From positions 1,205,111 through 1,269,110 of the forward strand of contig MU058824.1 of NCBI GenBank assembly GCA_013265495.1: DNA of 64,000 nucleotides. Direction: 5' to 3'. The stretch comes from Vicugna vicugna (lineage: Eukaryota). Shown piece after piece: positions 25,340 to 37,789 of the stretch. Within the stretch, counting starts at the first letter, position 1, and every line of letters starts with the position of its first letter. The translations under genes were made by a program, and so were the position numbers. The notes below the pieces were generated by a model. The model saw only the letters and a list, made by a program, of their open reading frames with translations, searched no databases and was not told where the DNA came from.

Positions 25340-25775
25340 TGTGGCAGGTAGCTCCCACTCACCTCTCGTTGCTTGTGACCCACCTCCAGACTCAGGCCAC
25401 TTATCTTCTCCATTCTGTGCTACAGCTTTCTTCCCATGCCAGGAAACTTTCTGGTCTGGCTTGCAAGCCCAGCTTATAAGTACAGAGGAGTTAGTACCCT
25501 ATGGGCAACACCCAACCCATACAGAATGGCAGCCAGTGGACAATGCCGCAGGTCCTGTCCAGAAGATGGATACTTCGAGGAGACACTGTACACTCTGCAC
25601 ACTTCTCAGAGGGAACTGAACTCCCATTGCTGACAGTAGTGACCTCGATGATGTATCCATAGATGGACTTGTCCCCCATCTGTCTCACTCCCCCTATTTC
25701 CTCCCTCCTGCTTCCTGGGATCACCTGCACCAAGTCTTGTCTGTGGCTCCGCATTTGGGGACACCAAAATACTCA
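25340..25775. mobile_element. LTR16-like ERVL solo LTR
   Basis: CTGTCTCACTCCCCCTATTTCC...CCTGCTTCCTGGGATCACCT. Confidence 0.6.
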
Positions 25776-26749
25776 TCGTCACAGTCTGGGAAATGTTTGA
25801 TATGGACACAGAGTAGAATTAATGAACTTCTAAGTCAGCCTCCATTCTGCTGGTGGGAATGCCTTGAAGAAAATTGCAATTGTATGGATGAACAGAAGAT
25901 GCCACACTATTTAGCAGCTGTGACACTGGGGACCAGGCATTTTTGATGTGTGCACCTTGACTGTGAGAATACCGTGAGAAAAAGCATCCTCCCTGAGCTC
26001 TGAGAAAGCACCTTGGCATGGACTGACAGAGAGGCATTGGTGGCAGTGGACAGGGGAGGTGGTCTCGGTGACAGGACCACCAGAACAGGGTGATCACGTC
26101 AGAGCCCGTCTCTTCAAGACCGCTGTGACTTCAGCACAGTTCTCACCATCATCCGCTCTCCGCTAACCGCCATGCAGCACTGATACCTGGGAAGTGAGTC
26201 TGGCACAAGGGACATCCCTGAGTTCCCCTCCCCCGGCAGGTACCCACAGGTAAACAGTAAGTAGGCCTGACTCCTGGTAAAACATACGCAAGCCTGGACT
26301 ATCTGAAGGTAGAATTATTGAAGACTACTTGGGGAAGAAAAGGACTGGACTTTGTCCTAATTTCCCATCTAGGCGATCAGACTTGTAGTTTGGGGTATAA
26401 AAGACACATGAACCTATTTTATCACCACAAGTTGGTCAAGTCTGGAATATATTTTACAACCACACTATCAACAGTTATTTAGTCCAGACTTTTCCCCAAG
26501 CCCATTCATGTGCCAAAGACCTTAATGATGTGCCATTTGTACTGCTAGTTACCTAACATTTTTCTTTAAACCAACACACTTTAAAAAACAAAATACCCAC
26601 TTAAGCTTCATATTGAATAAAAATAAATGTGGAATTATTGATTTGGTGCTACCTATGTATCTCTAACACATATGAAAATAAGTGTGTAAGTATTAAAAGA
26701 AAAATTGCCTCCATGTAGGTGTGGTACACATTACAAATTGGGAGACGCT

Positions 26750-28080
26750 ACACACGACTATAAATCACTCTGACTTTGTTTCTCATTAGATTTCAAGCAT
26801 ATTACAATGCCCTCTATTTTTTGAGATCTTAATTCTCTGTTCATTTTTATTGGCTATAATTGTTCCATGGTTTGTTTTGCAGAAAGGGCACTTGGGTGTT
26901 ACAATTTCAAACCTTGACGTTTCTGGAAGTATCTCTCCTTTCTTCTCAGTTTATCTGACTGCAAAACTTTAATGTCATAATTCCTGATCCATGGGGTTAT
27001 TTACACATTGCTCCATTGTTCTCTAGTTTTTAATACTGAAAATGAGAACGCCAACGCCAGTCTGAATCTGTTTCTGGATGAAAGTTCGCAGGATTTTTAC
27101 ACTATCTTTGAATTTCAGAAATTTTACCAGATATGCCCTTGGGTGAATTTTTTTGCAATAGTGTTGCCCAGGATTAGTGAATCACTTCAATCCACAGATA
27201 AAACTCTTTCTGCTCAGGAAATTTCCTTTCATTATTTTGTTAATTGATATTTCACGTCTATCCTTTCTTACTCTGTGACTCCTGTTACATAACTATTGGG
27301 TCATTGAATCTGTCACTGTCTCTTATTTTTTATCTCATGAATTTATCTCTTTGTCTGTGTTCTGAGGGGACTGTATTAATTCTTATGAGTTTACTGATAA
27401 TTCACAAAATCAGTTTTCAGTAGCATATATGCTGTAGCCCTGTTCTACTCTGGGGTGCACACAACCATGAGTTTTCTCTTCCAGGACTGTTTCTTGTTCT
27501 CCTAGAACTACATCTTATGCTTCTTTTACCCTCTGACATTTCACTGAAAAGCAGGCTTGAATTTTTCGTAAGTTTGTTCCTGTTTTCTGTAATAATTCTT
27601 CTGAATAAAAGCCATTGGCTCTGATGGATCTGTTGGTTCCCTTTCTGAGGCTGCTTCATCTCCTCGGACGACTGAGGAGATTTGTCAGATCAAATATCCA
27701 TTGCCATGTATAAATATGAAAGTCCGTGTTAATGAGGATTGATAGCTCTTCCGCATTCGGTCAGCGATTACACAGGTCACCATGCGCCTCCCCCGCTGTT
27801 CCCAGCCCATCTCTGCCTCCGGCCCCAGCTGGCACTGCCCTGTGGACATCAGCTTCAGGACAGATTCACAGGCAGGCCCTGCCTTTGCTGTGGTTGTAAG
27901 ATACCCAATCACACCAGGTTCACATCTTCCAGAAAGTTCTCAAAGTTTCTGCCTGGTTGATGTCATTCTTCCTTTTTAACAGTGAATTTCGGGGCCTTTT
28001 CTCTTTCCTGTTATTTTTATTACTTTTATCATTTCAGTGAGATTTGGGGAGGTTATTGTAAGCTCAAATTACTGTCTTGA
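26750..28080 (-). mobile_element. Highly decayed L1ME/HAL1-like fragments
   Basis: T-rich antisense L1-like tracts (TTGCTCCATTGTTCTCTAG...TGAGAA; CAGGAAATTTCCTTTCATTATTT). Confidence 0.5.
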
Positions 28081-28084
28081 AATC

Positions 28085-28525
28085 TGCGTGGCTTCCCATC
28101 AGACTGAGCCTGACTCAACAGGCTCTGTGGTGCCCGGCCCATCGACCTCCCACTTCCCACTGCCAGCGTCTACACCTCCTTGCCTGAGAGCTTTCTCCGG
28201 CAGCCTGAGCCCACCAAGACTGAGCATGGCAGGTCAGACGCACAGAATCGGATGCGTCTCTGCTTTCCGATGACTGATGATGATTGGTGTGCAAATACCA
28301 CCGCTCTCCGTCCCATAGGAGGGAAGCTCTACCCGGCTCCCAGAGTTCCTAAGAGGACAGAATGATCTGGCCACCTGCAGCCGTGCCTAGATGCCCCCCT
28401 TAAAGCCCACTTTCCCTTCCCTGTCTCACTTCCCCACTCGCCTACGGGTGTGTTCCGGGATCACCTCCCACATAAACTACTGGCAAATGAATCCTCAGCT
28501 ACAGGGGAACCCACATCAAAACACT
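28085..28525. mobile_element. LTR16-like ERVL solo LTR
   Basis: CCCTGTCTCACTTCCCCACTC...GGGATCACCTCCCACATAAACTACTGGCA...GGGGAACCCA. Confidence 0.7.
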
Positions 28526-29394
28526 GACAGATCGTGGCAGGTTTTTTCAGAAAGTTCTCTCCCCTGGTGTGGAGAATGAACTGAAGGGGAGAAGCTGCGG
28601 GCCAGGAGATCAGCATGGAGGTGGGAGGAGCAGTCCTATGGAGGCAAGAGAGGAGCCAGCTCTCTGTCTCAAAGGAAGGCCAACACATACAGCCAAGCAA
28701 GAGTGCCCCAAGATAGTTTTTAAACACTTTGACATTTATAAGAATAGAGGTAGCCACCATTGAAATAGCCAGACTGTGCTGAGCTCCCCAGTGCATACTT
28801 CACGTCTTACTATTATTGCTGCTGTTGTTGTCACTAAGGAAGCACTAGCCAATGTTTGTTGAATGAATAAGTAAGTGACTCCGGGGCTGCTGGTTGGCTG
28901 GTGGCACCATTCCCTGAGAGAAGGACCAAGAAGAAGGAGCAAGTCTGGAGGAAGAGCTGGGGTAGGCAATCTCTGAACGTATCAGATAACAGGGCGCTCT
29001 GGGTCCTGCTTGGAACTCAGGGTGGTGGGCAGGCTTAGGCAGGAGAATAATCAGATTATTTCACAGTCATTGTGGCGCATGCTCCTGTCAATCAGAAGGA
29101 ATACAGCTTCACTGCCAGAGCGGAATCGTGGGACTCCTACTGCGCCAGAAGATAACATTGTAGTTGTTGGATTACAGGGAGGATGAGCAGAGAGGTAGGG
29201 TAGCCAAGACCCCCAGGGGCTTGGGACAGTGCATATTCACCAACAGGTATAGTTGTACTAGTGCGTACAGGTTGAGCCAGAGCTCTGGGCTTGAAAACAG
29301 ACAGACAGACCAGGCAGATTGGAAGACGCCAACTAGCAAGGCTAGAGGAAGGGCCCCCAGCTCGTCTTGAGAGACCCCCAAAGCAGGCCAAGGA

Positions 29395-29640
29395 CAGTGA
29401 GCACTTACCAGATGCTTACTCAGAGTACCAATGCCATTCCCAGAGCTTCCAACAACTTAACTCAATGGAGAGTAGTTTCCATCACTACCTCTATTTGACA
29501 GATAAAGAAACTGAGCTGCTGGGAAGGGTTGAGTGTAGGGTATGATTTTCGGTAACATGCCTATATAATCATGGCTAGAAGGTGGCAGAGCCCAAATTCA
29601 AACCTAGACAAAGATCTGTCTACACTTTACTGCCCTATAA
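29395..29640 (-). mobile_element. MIR SINE
   Basis: GAGCACTTAC...TTTGACAGATAAAGAAACTGAG...GGTGGCAGAGCCCAAATTCAAACCTAG. Confidence 0.65.
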
Positions 29641-32234
29641 GTTGGAGTACAAGATAGAAGGCAAAGGGGGAAATCAGCTAGTGGCAATCAAAGAGGTTTG
29701 AAGAGGCTCAGTGGTGCCTTGGTGACTCAGGCACTCAAGGAGTAGCCAGAGAGGTACTTCTGCAGCTGCTGGGTTAGGCAGGGATTGTACACATATACTT
29801 GCTCCAACTGGTAAGGTCTTTGAGAAGTTGGAGGAAGAGGCGATATACGTGGGATTTGAAACAGTCTGCAGCAGGAGAATGAGCTTGGTGGATTTGAAAA
29901 CTGGGGACATCATTTATCTTTGTATGTCCAAATCCAAATGTGGTCCTGAGTACAAAAGCATTATTGAAGAAATATCTCTGAATGCACGAATGAATAAACA
30001 AAAACCTGCTTGACCTTTCTCAAACACAGAACTAATCTCATACCTCACCTTCTTAAACTCCTCCCAAGGTGCTCCACCAGTAGCAGGATGAAGTCCACAT
30101 GCCTTATCCTAGAATTCAAGGCCACCGTGTCACTCACCACCACATCTCCCATACTCAGCCCTTCCCTGCTGCTGTGTGCTGGACTCTCTTTTTTTTCCCC
30201 CAATCTTCTCAACCTCTTGAGCACTATTTTCTGGTCATTGCAAACCTTCTCACATTTTGGGTGGAGGAACTTTTTCTTCTGCACAGCTCATCCTGGGTGG
30301 AGCTGCCAATCACAGCCATAGGCACACAACACAAGTGGGACCAACCAGAATCCTTTCCAGGAATGAAAATAATCCCAGAGGGGAGAGGAGGGCTTCTCTT
30401 TCCTCTGAGGCCACTCTCCTGGGTGGTGGAGTAATGTTAGCCTGGAGCTGTGAGAAGCCCCTGCCACGCAAAGAAATCCTGTCCTCCCTGAAGGGAAGGA
30501 AGCCACATACAGAGAAAAGCAGAAGCAAGACAGACAGACACACACACACAGAAAGTGGAACAGACGAAGTGACCACATCACTTGAGTCTCTTGGATTCCG
30601 TCCTCCTTCCTGGTTTCACAAGCCAGTACATTCCCTTTTGTTGTTGTTGACTGTCATTTGTTGGTTTATGAATCTGACTTGTATTTGCTTTATTGACCAA
30701 TATTCAGCTGTACTGCTGACAGTTCCTTGAGTTCCATGTCGTCTCCTACTTACACGTGTAACACAGGGTCAGGCAACATGGTACAAGCCATAGATGCAGA
30801 GGGTGCAGGAAACATGAGAGTGGCTCTTGTGATCCCCTCTTCTTGTGCCCTCAGTCCTTCTGCAGGCACCACCAGGCAGCCACGTTTGGCAGACAGCGCT
30901 CCCCTGGACTTTCCCCTCCACGTTCTGTCTCCCCCACCTCCCATACCTTCCCAGTCTCTTGGTTCCTTCAGGTTCTCCGAAGTCCGCCTCTTCCACAGGA
31001 CCTGGCCTCTGATATACGTGGATATATGGCAACCACTTCTGTCCTTCTGCTTCTCGACAGGGGACATTGGATGCTACAGGCTTCAGATCTTGAGAGTCTA
31101 CAATACGGACTCAGAGCAAGTACCCCAAGACCTCTCGTGCAGTGAAGACTAACTACTGTGGCCTATCTTCCCTCCCCTATTATGCCTGAGAGCATTAGTC
31201 TGATCCTGAGCCTTAAAATATACTCAGGAATAAAGTGAAGGCTTGGAGACTTTTCAATCACTGTGTTTCAATTGTGTGGCAGGATCCAGGTGTTAAACAC
31301 ACCAGGTGTTCAGAGGAGGAAGCATGACAAAAGGTAAGCAGGTATAGGGGACCGGGGGAGGTCACGGGGGAAGCAGAGTCTGCACTGGCTATTGGCAAGA
31401 AGGCCAGGCTAGACCTAGAATGGTCAGGCTTTCCTGAGGTGGGGCAGGGCATGGCAGAGGGACCTGTGTGGCTCACTTAAGTAATCATGAGGAGCCCAGG
31501 CTAGTGGCCTTTGGCAAGTGATAGGAAAACCAATGTTCAGTGAAGGCCTTTGAATGCCAGGCCCAGGATTTTGACCATCAATTTCAGAGTCTAACCAGGT
31601 CTGCAGTTGATTCAAGGTCTCTCCTGGGAGGGCTGGTAGGCTATACCCTCCTTTGGTGCACAAAGAAGACTGAGAAGCCAGGGCATGAACCTCAACCCTC
31701 CTTTCTGGGGCCAGCAAAAGGAGTCTCTCCCCAAATCCCCAGCCCACCTGCCCTTTCCTTGACCCAGGGCCGCAGCAGGCTCTAACTAAAATGGACGGCA
31801 CCTTCACTTCATGACCTCAGCAGCCTCCCGCCCTACTCCGTTCTGGTCCATGCCAGGCACCCCAACTCCAGCCCCCAGACTTGGTCCTCAATCATCCACC
31901 TCTGGGGCTTTCCAACCTATAACTGTCTTCATTCCATGACTCAGAAAGATTCTCATCACTCTTCCATTTAGGAAGTCCCTAAGTGGAGGTTCTGGGCCGT
32001 CTGCCTTTTTTTGGTCCTCCATTTCCTTCCTACCTCAAGGACTATTAGGGTGGATTCACTTTGCTGAGTTTCTGGGCCAGCCCAGCTGAATGGGAGGAAA
32101 TATCCCAGCATGCCACTTGCCTGGTGATTCTGTTTCTCCTGCAGCGTCAAGCCGAGACCCAGAGAGTCACAGATGGGCAGCTGGGAGGGAGAGAGCAGGC
32201 AGCCTCATGCAGGGGTCCCTTGAGACAATCCTGG

Positions 32235-32410
32235 GCACTGGAGTGAGACAGACCCTAGGCCTGATATCAGCCCCACGACTCAGCAGCCACGTGACCTGGA
32301 ACGAGTGACTTCCTGAGCTTCAGCCTTTTTTGTTTTTGTTTTTCATTGGTAAAGTGGAGACAGAAATACTTACCTTGCAGGATTATGAGGAAGGATGAAT
32401 GGGATTTATG
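32235..32410 (+). mobile_element. MIR SINE
   Basis: GTGACCTGG...CTGAGCTTCAG...TGGTAAAGTGGAG...GGATTATGAGGA. Confidence 0.6.
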
Positions 32411-32757
32411 GTAAGTCTGATATTTAATAACTGAGAGCTTATATTTTATCCCAACCTCCTTGAGAGAAAAAGGCAAACTCGCCCAAAGTCATATATTGAG
32501 CCACAGTTGATCCTGTTTCTCATACTGGGGCTCTTCTGCCTGCCCCATGCTGCCTTCACCAAGTGGAAGACAACAGGCAGGAGCAGAGGAGCATGATGGG
32601 AAAATCTTCCTGTTCTCTCTGATCATCTCCCGGAGGGTAGCACCAGCGGCAGTGACAGGGTTAGCAAACCCACCCCAGGGCCTCTTCCACATCAGTGGTG
32701 GAGAATAAGGAACTGGGGAAAAAAGTCAAACAGAAGAAAGCACCTGGAAAAGATGTT

Positions 32758-32763
32758 TTTATG
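32758..32763 (-). terminator. Candidate variant polyadenylation signal CATAAA
   Basis: No AATAAA seen on the gene strand in this UTR; CATAAA is followed by U/GU-rich sequence (TTTCTTCTGTTTGACTTTTTT). Confidence 0.5.
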
Positions 32764-33415
32764 TTCACTTACGTGAAAAAAAAGAGGAATCAAAGAATAT
32801 AGCATGAAGATATATGTGTCTCAGCAAATTCATCCTCATGAACCTGTTTGTTCAATCGCAGTTATAATTCAAGAATTGCCAAATGGAAGTCACAGAATCA
32901 GGGTGCAGGATCGGGGGGGGGAGGGCCACCAAGGGAAAGGTAGTAATTATGTGCTATTTCTTTTCTAGTTTCAGATCATTTGGCATTTAAACTTTTCCAG
33001 CAAGTCAGTTATATAAACAGATGCCATACTAAAATATGATTGTGTAAAAATATAAAACTCCTAAAGCATGATGGCAATAATATTTTAGGAAAAAAAACAT
33101 TAAGGTCTGGTAATATCAGAAAATACAAATAGGATCATTTTGAGCGGTTCTGTTTCTCTTTATGAACAGCAGTTGCAAACAATGGATATATATTAAAGAA
33201 TAAAGCATTCGGTCCGCACATAACTTAGAAAGGGGTAGCATTTCTTAACACTGACTTTGTAAGAATACATAAAGGACATCTTACACTCAGCAATGGTTAA
33301 AAGGAGGAAATTACTTTCCGAAGGATGCAGTGGGCAGGATGCCAGGCCTTTGTTTTCAACTTGCTCTTAACCATGTTGGGATGTGTTCACACTGCATGGG
33401 GTTTCCTGCAGAATC

Positions 33416-33423
33416 TAGCACCA
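33416..33423 (-). promoter_or_regulatory. miR-29 family 8mer seed site (UGGUGCUA)
   Basis: TAGCACCA on the + strand within the 3'UTR; collagen mRNAs are established miR-29 targets. Confidence 0.75.
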
Positions 33424-33483
33424 ATAGATGGATCAGATTTTATCTTTGATCTGAGTCCTTTATGTCTTCATTTTTGAGTGTAC

Positions 33484-33490
33484 TGAGGTA
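33484..33490 (-). promoter_or_regulatory. let-7 family 7mer-A1 seed site (UACCUCA)
   Basis: TGAGGTA on the + strand within the 3'UTR. Confidence 0.5.
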
Positions 33491-33625
33491 TGTTTTCTTT
33501 GGTTGCTGTTGTGATGAATATGTAATAAAAAAACTAATATTTACAACATTTAAACATTTTAGATTTCAGTGTCAACTCTTCACATAAGAAAAAATGGAAA
33601 ACTCTTAAGAATCATGGGAAGGTGG

Positions 33626-33839
33626 TTACTTCCTCGCGTCTGTCATGAAACTGTTTTCAATACACAGAACAATAAGCCTATTAGCACAGCTGTACACTTT
33701 CTGGTCCAGAATCTTCCCCGTGCTCAAAGCGGAGGCCAAGCCTGTGACTGCCATGTCAGCGGTTCGCCATGCTTCACAGTATTGGTCCACGAGACGGACT
33801 CCGTGGGTGCTTGAACCGTGCCAAACCACCTTCTGGGGC
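33626..33839 (-). CDS. COL15A1: COL15A1 terminal exon CDS: (W)PQKVVWHGS...CIENSFMTDARK*
   Basis: tttttag acceptor, phase 2; TAA at 33628-33626; C-terminus matches collagen XV. Confidence 0.98.
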
Positions 33840-33999
33840 CTAAAAAGGAATTTTGTTGTGTTACTTTCTGAAATGACCCTTCTTTGTGGTATATCTCGGT
33901 GATGAAATTGGCATAAGCCTAGTGAGTCAAGTCAAACTCCTCAACCGTCCAGAACTGGTTCACATCACCTGTCTTCATCACTGTTTTCAACTTTCACAG

Positions 34000-34395
34000 T
34001 ATACTCCAACTGTATTCAGCTTGTTCTTGTTCTCAAGTCATACTCTCTGCTTTCGTGAATCTGAACTTTTGCTCACGTGGAGCAAGACTTCTTTCATTTT
34101 CAGACCAGCGATTCCTTCTTATCTTTCAAAGTTCATTAAATGCCTCCTCTTATAGGAAGCCTTCCTGGTTCTCACCACCAAGGGATGATGAATATTTCCT
34201 CTGTGCTCCTACCATCTTATCTGTTTCTCTATTTTCCAATTACAACATCTTGTTGAGAATTGTAGCTAATATCTTACCACAGACTATGAGCTTTGAAAGG
34301 GTAAGACCTATATAGGTTTATCACTGCGCCTTCTGGGCCTGGCATCTGGCCTGGCATAGAGTAGACACTGAGGAAAGGTTTGCTGAGTTGTTCTG
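34000..34395 (+). mobile_element. L2 3' end fragment
   Basis: AGGAAGCCTTCCTG...AGACTATGAGCTTTGAAAGGG...GCCTGGCATAGAGTAG. Confidence 0.6.
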
Positions 34396-34469
34396 TTCTT
34401 AAAAGCATACCTAGTTTTCAAAGAATCAGAGTGCAACTCACAGTATAGGGTTAAAAGATCACCAAGAAT

Positions 34470-34690
34470 AGCATTACTTACCACTTATTAAGTGTCTACT
34501 GCATGCTAGATGTTCTCACACTTATCTTTTTATCCTCATAGCAATATTATGGTATAGATATGATTATCTTGCCCATTTGAAGGGTGAGGCAACTGAGGCT
34601 CAAAGAGTGGAAGTGCCTTGTCCGAGGTATTCTATTCAGTTACTGGACTCAGGCCTCCTGGCTCCAAGGTCAGGGCTTTTGCCATGGCCC
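34470..34690 (-). mobile_element. MIR SINE
   Basis: CCCATTTGAAGGGTGAGGCAACTGAGGCTCAAAGAG. Confidence 0.7.
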
Positions 34691-34821
34691 TTGGCTTCCT
34701 CACTGAGGTTTTATGCTGGCAACATCCCAGAGGAGCAGCTGATAAAGGCATCCCATTGTTAGACTGTCTCCTGAAACCATCCATCACATGATATACTTCA
34801 AGGGCTGCCACCCCTACTTAC

Positions 34822-34937
34822 CAAGAAGGGTCTGTCATTACATCTCGGCCATCAAAGGAATATATTGGAACGTGTGTATTGAATTGACCTCCATTGCCAG
34901 AAAAAATTGACCCCCAATTATTAAAAAGCACTTGGCC
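34822..34937 (-). CDS. COL15A1: COL15A1 exon (~41): GQVLFNNWGSIFSGNGGQFNTHVPIYSFDGRDVMTDPS(W)
   Basis: AG/GTAAGT boundaries, 116 nt, phase 0-2. Confidence 0.97.
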
Positions 34938-35759
34938 CTATGGAGACAAAATGCTACATTAGAATCATTATACAAACAGCCTGCAGATGGACTAGCTATT
35001 ATCCATTTTTCAAGGCTCAGAAGCCCCCAGCCCCAACCCTAGAGCCTGAACAGAGTGAGAACTCAGGAAATGCTTGTGGCTTGATTTTCTGATCCATCCT
35101 TGAATCTTTTTGGCTTTACTGTCTTATTTCTTGAGGTCATTTCTCTTATTACATGTGTATAATAGCTCTTACACATCAAAAGTGTGTTTGAGGTATTTAT
35201 TATTGCTATTTTAAACATTTTATTTGTATATACTGAGCTTCAAATCTGTACCAAGCTTGTGCCAACCTACATGTGGGGGAAGTGGAGATGAATCTCCTAC
35301 TCTTTCTTCTGAAGGAGCCCAATTTCCCCCAGTTATTTGTATTTCAAGAATAAACAGCCTGAGTGGGTGAAGGTGGTAGAAGAGAACCTTGGAAGAGGCG
35401 ATGGAAAGTGCTGGGTGTGGGGTCAGGAATGGACTTGCCAGCCTCAAGGTTCCAAACTGGAGTATGGGGTTCACAGGGACCAAAGGGCCTTGAAGTACTT
35501 TTGACACCCTAGTTAGAGGTCAGGACCCAGGATGCAGTGAGCAGCAACAGTGCTGTCCCTCTGCATCCCAAGGAGTAAGCCATTTCCGTGGTGTAACTGA
35601 GGGATGCTGCGAGGCATGGTGTTGCCAGTGAATGAGGGCAGAGAAATATCTGAGAGCACCAAACCAGGCTGCAGGATAGAGTGGCTCTGCTCTGGGACCA
35701 GTGCTCACCAGCGATTCTCTGGTGCCACTCAGTCAATGCTCCACAGAAGGCACCCTCGG

Positions 35760-35980
35760 GTGGAATCAAGAACCTCAGACCTGGGAGTCAAGGAAACTAA
35801 TTCTGGTTTGTATTGACTTTGAGCAAACTGCTTTCTCCCTGTGAGCCTCAGTTTCCCCATCTGACAAACTGAGAAAAGAGTAACTCCCATTGTTACTACA
35901 AGTATCTATTAAGATAATGGACATTAAGAGCTTTGTAAACAAACAAAAAAGCTCTATAAATAAAAGAGGTTATTACTATC
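35760..35980 (+). mobile_element. MIR SINE
   Basis: TTGAGCAAA...CTGTGAGCCTCAGTTTCCCCATCTG. Confidence 0.65.
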
Positions 35981-36202
35981 CCTTCTGTCTGCTCCAAGGG
36001 TCATAAACCATCCAAGCAGGAAGGGCCAGTGTGCATATAAGGAAACTGAGGTCCAGAGAGGGAAAGTAACCCACCCAAAGTCACACAGCTAATCAGGGCC
36101 TTGAAACAGGACACTTCTGATGGTGTCACGAGTGGCAAGAGCCTCCAACCCCTGTGGAGACCAGTGCATCTGGGAGGCAATGAGAACAAGATTTATTTTT
36201 AC

Positions 36203-36388
36203 CTTGAGGTTCACTATTGGAAGGCTGTATCTCTCTGCTTTCCTCACAACTGTGGAGAGATCTTGCAAATGGGAGGATAAGAATGCTCGGTAGGTGGACA
36301 ATAGTCCCGCAGCCCTGGCCTGCTGGAAGCACTGAAAATCAGCTCGGATGTCCCCAGAAAATGGCATGTTCAGAGCAACCAAGTGCAG
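36203..36388 (-). CDS. COL15A1: COL15A1 exon (~40), start of the endostatin-like domain: [20 protein letters not shown]...PIVNLK
   Basis: AG/GTAAAA boundaries, 186 nt; endostatin-family motif [10 protein letters not shown]. Confidence 0.98.
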
Positions 36389-37789
36389 CTGAAAAAAAAT
36401 GAGAGAAAAGACAGTGCAGCTGAAGAGATACAAGCAAACTGCAACCCCCATCACAGTCTCATGTCCCTAAAAAGATCCCAGACTTACTGTAATGGAAGGC
36501 ACACTAGAGGTCACCTTGTTCAACCTCTACCTGACACTGGAATTCTAGTCCCTGTTTGACCATCTCCAGTGAAGGAGATCTCAGGTCTCCCAAAGCAGCC
36601 TGTGTCAGCAATCTGAACAGCTCTAAACAGTAGTGATCTCTTCCATATATGAGAAAAACAGAAAAAAATGAAGCACTTCAGAGATCCGAACCCAGGCTGC
36701 AGGCAGGTCATGTGTCGGAGACTTCTGGGTCTGCCCCTAGGTGAGTTTCTAGGAGGTTTTTAAGATGGCTTTGACCCTAGATCTCAGAGCTACATCAAGC
36801 TATCTGCCTCCCCCTCTTTCCTTCCACCTCCTGAGTAGGCCTGGGCAGATCATGAGGGGCCAGAGGGAAAAGGCACTGAAAGGAGAAGGTCATGATTATA
36901 TTACTAAGACTGCTGGGACAGACCCTTTTGGAAACCAGGGGTCAAACAGTAATTCTAGCCTCACATTCCTGCCATCTTGGTCAGCAGCCTGAATAAAAGC
37001 CATTCCATAATCTGTTTTCTCCCACATTTTCTCTCCCCAAAACCAGCCTTCCTCTGCAGCCCTCTCTCCTAACCCTGTCTGCTGACCCTCCGGAATACAT
37101 TTCATAGTCAAGGAGCAGACATCCCCTTTCTCAATCTCAGGTCAGGAGTAACTTTTATCTCATTAGCACAGAGCTGGGGACGGCTGATGTGGGGCCCAAA
37201 CCCAAGCTGCCAGAAAAGAAAAATATCAGTATCTTAAACCTGTCTTCCCCCCTCTTCTGTGAATGAAGACTGGGGCCCCCAGGAAGGAGGCCCTAGGGTC
37301 TCATCACCCTGCAGCCAGTGTGCTTCTGGCTACACCCAAGGGCAGTCACAATAGGCCTGGATGGAACCCACTTCCCTGATCACAGGGGACACCTCGGAAA
37401 GGGGCAGCGGTGACCGTGGTGGCCTCCTGCCACACCTTTAATCCCACCCCTCCCCCTCCCCTTCTTTCTTTAAGGAAGGGCACTGAGAAAAGTCTGGAAT
37501 GAGGTCTGCTGCTTCTGAATGGTGGGACAGAGGGTTTTTGTGTTCTCATGTTTCTTGATCTTTAACTGCTGGAACATCTCTATCATGAATAGACATCATT
37601 TTTAAGAAGACAATGACACTTCAACAATCAGATGTTAAAACAGTTGTTTTGTGGATGGTTATAGTTTTGTAAAATTATAAGTGATTCCTTATCTTCCTCT
37701 CCATTCTTTTTAGTCATTGTCCAAATTTTCTATAATGCATGTATATTACTTTAAGGCTTATAAAATAATACTAAAGAAAAATTTTTCAG

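Larger units (their letters stand above)
32735..33625 (-). other. COL15A1: COL15A1 3'UTR (3' end approximate)
   Basis: AT-rich, repeat-free stretch after the stop codon; end placed about 20 nt after the candidate CATAAA signal. Confidence 0.7.

Noticed and set aside
25340..28525. Two LTR16-like elements 2.3 kb apart as possible ends of one provirus
   Set aside because: They are quite divergent from each other, and the interval looks like L1/HAL1 debris with no gag/pol remnant or primer-binding site
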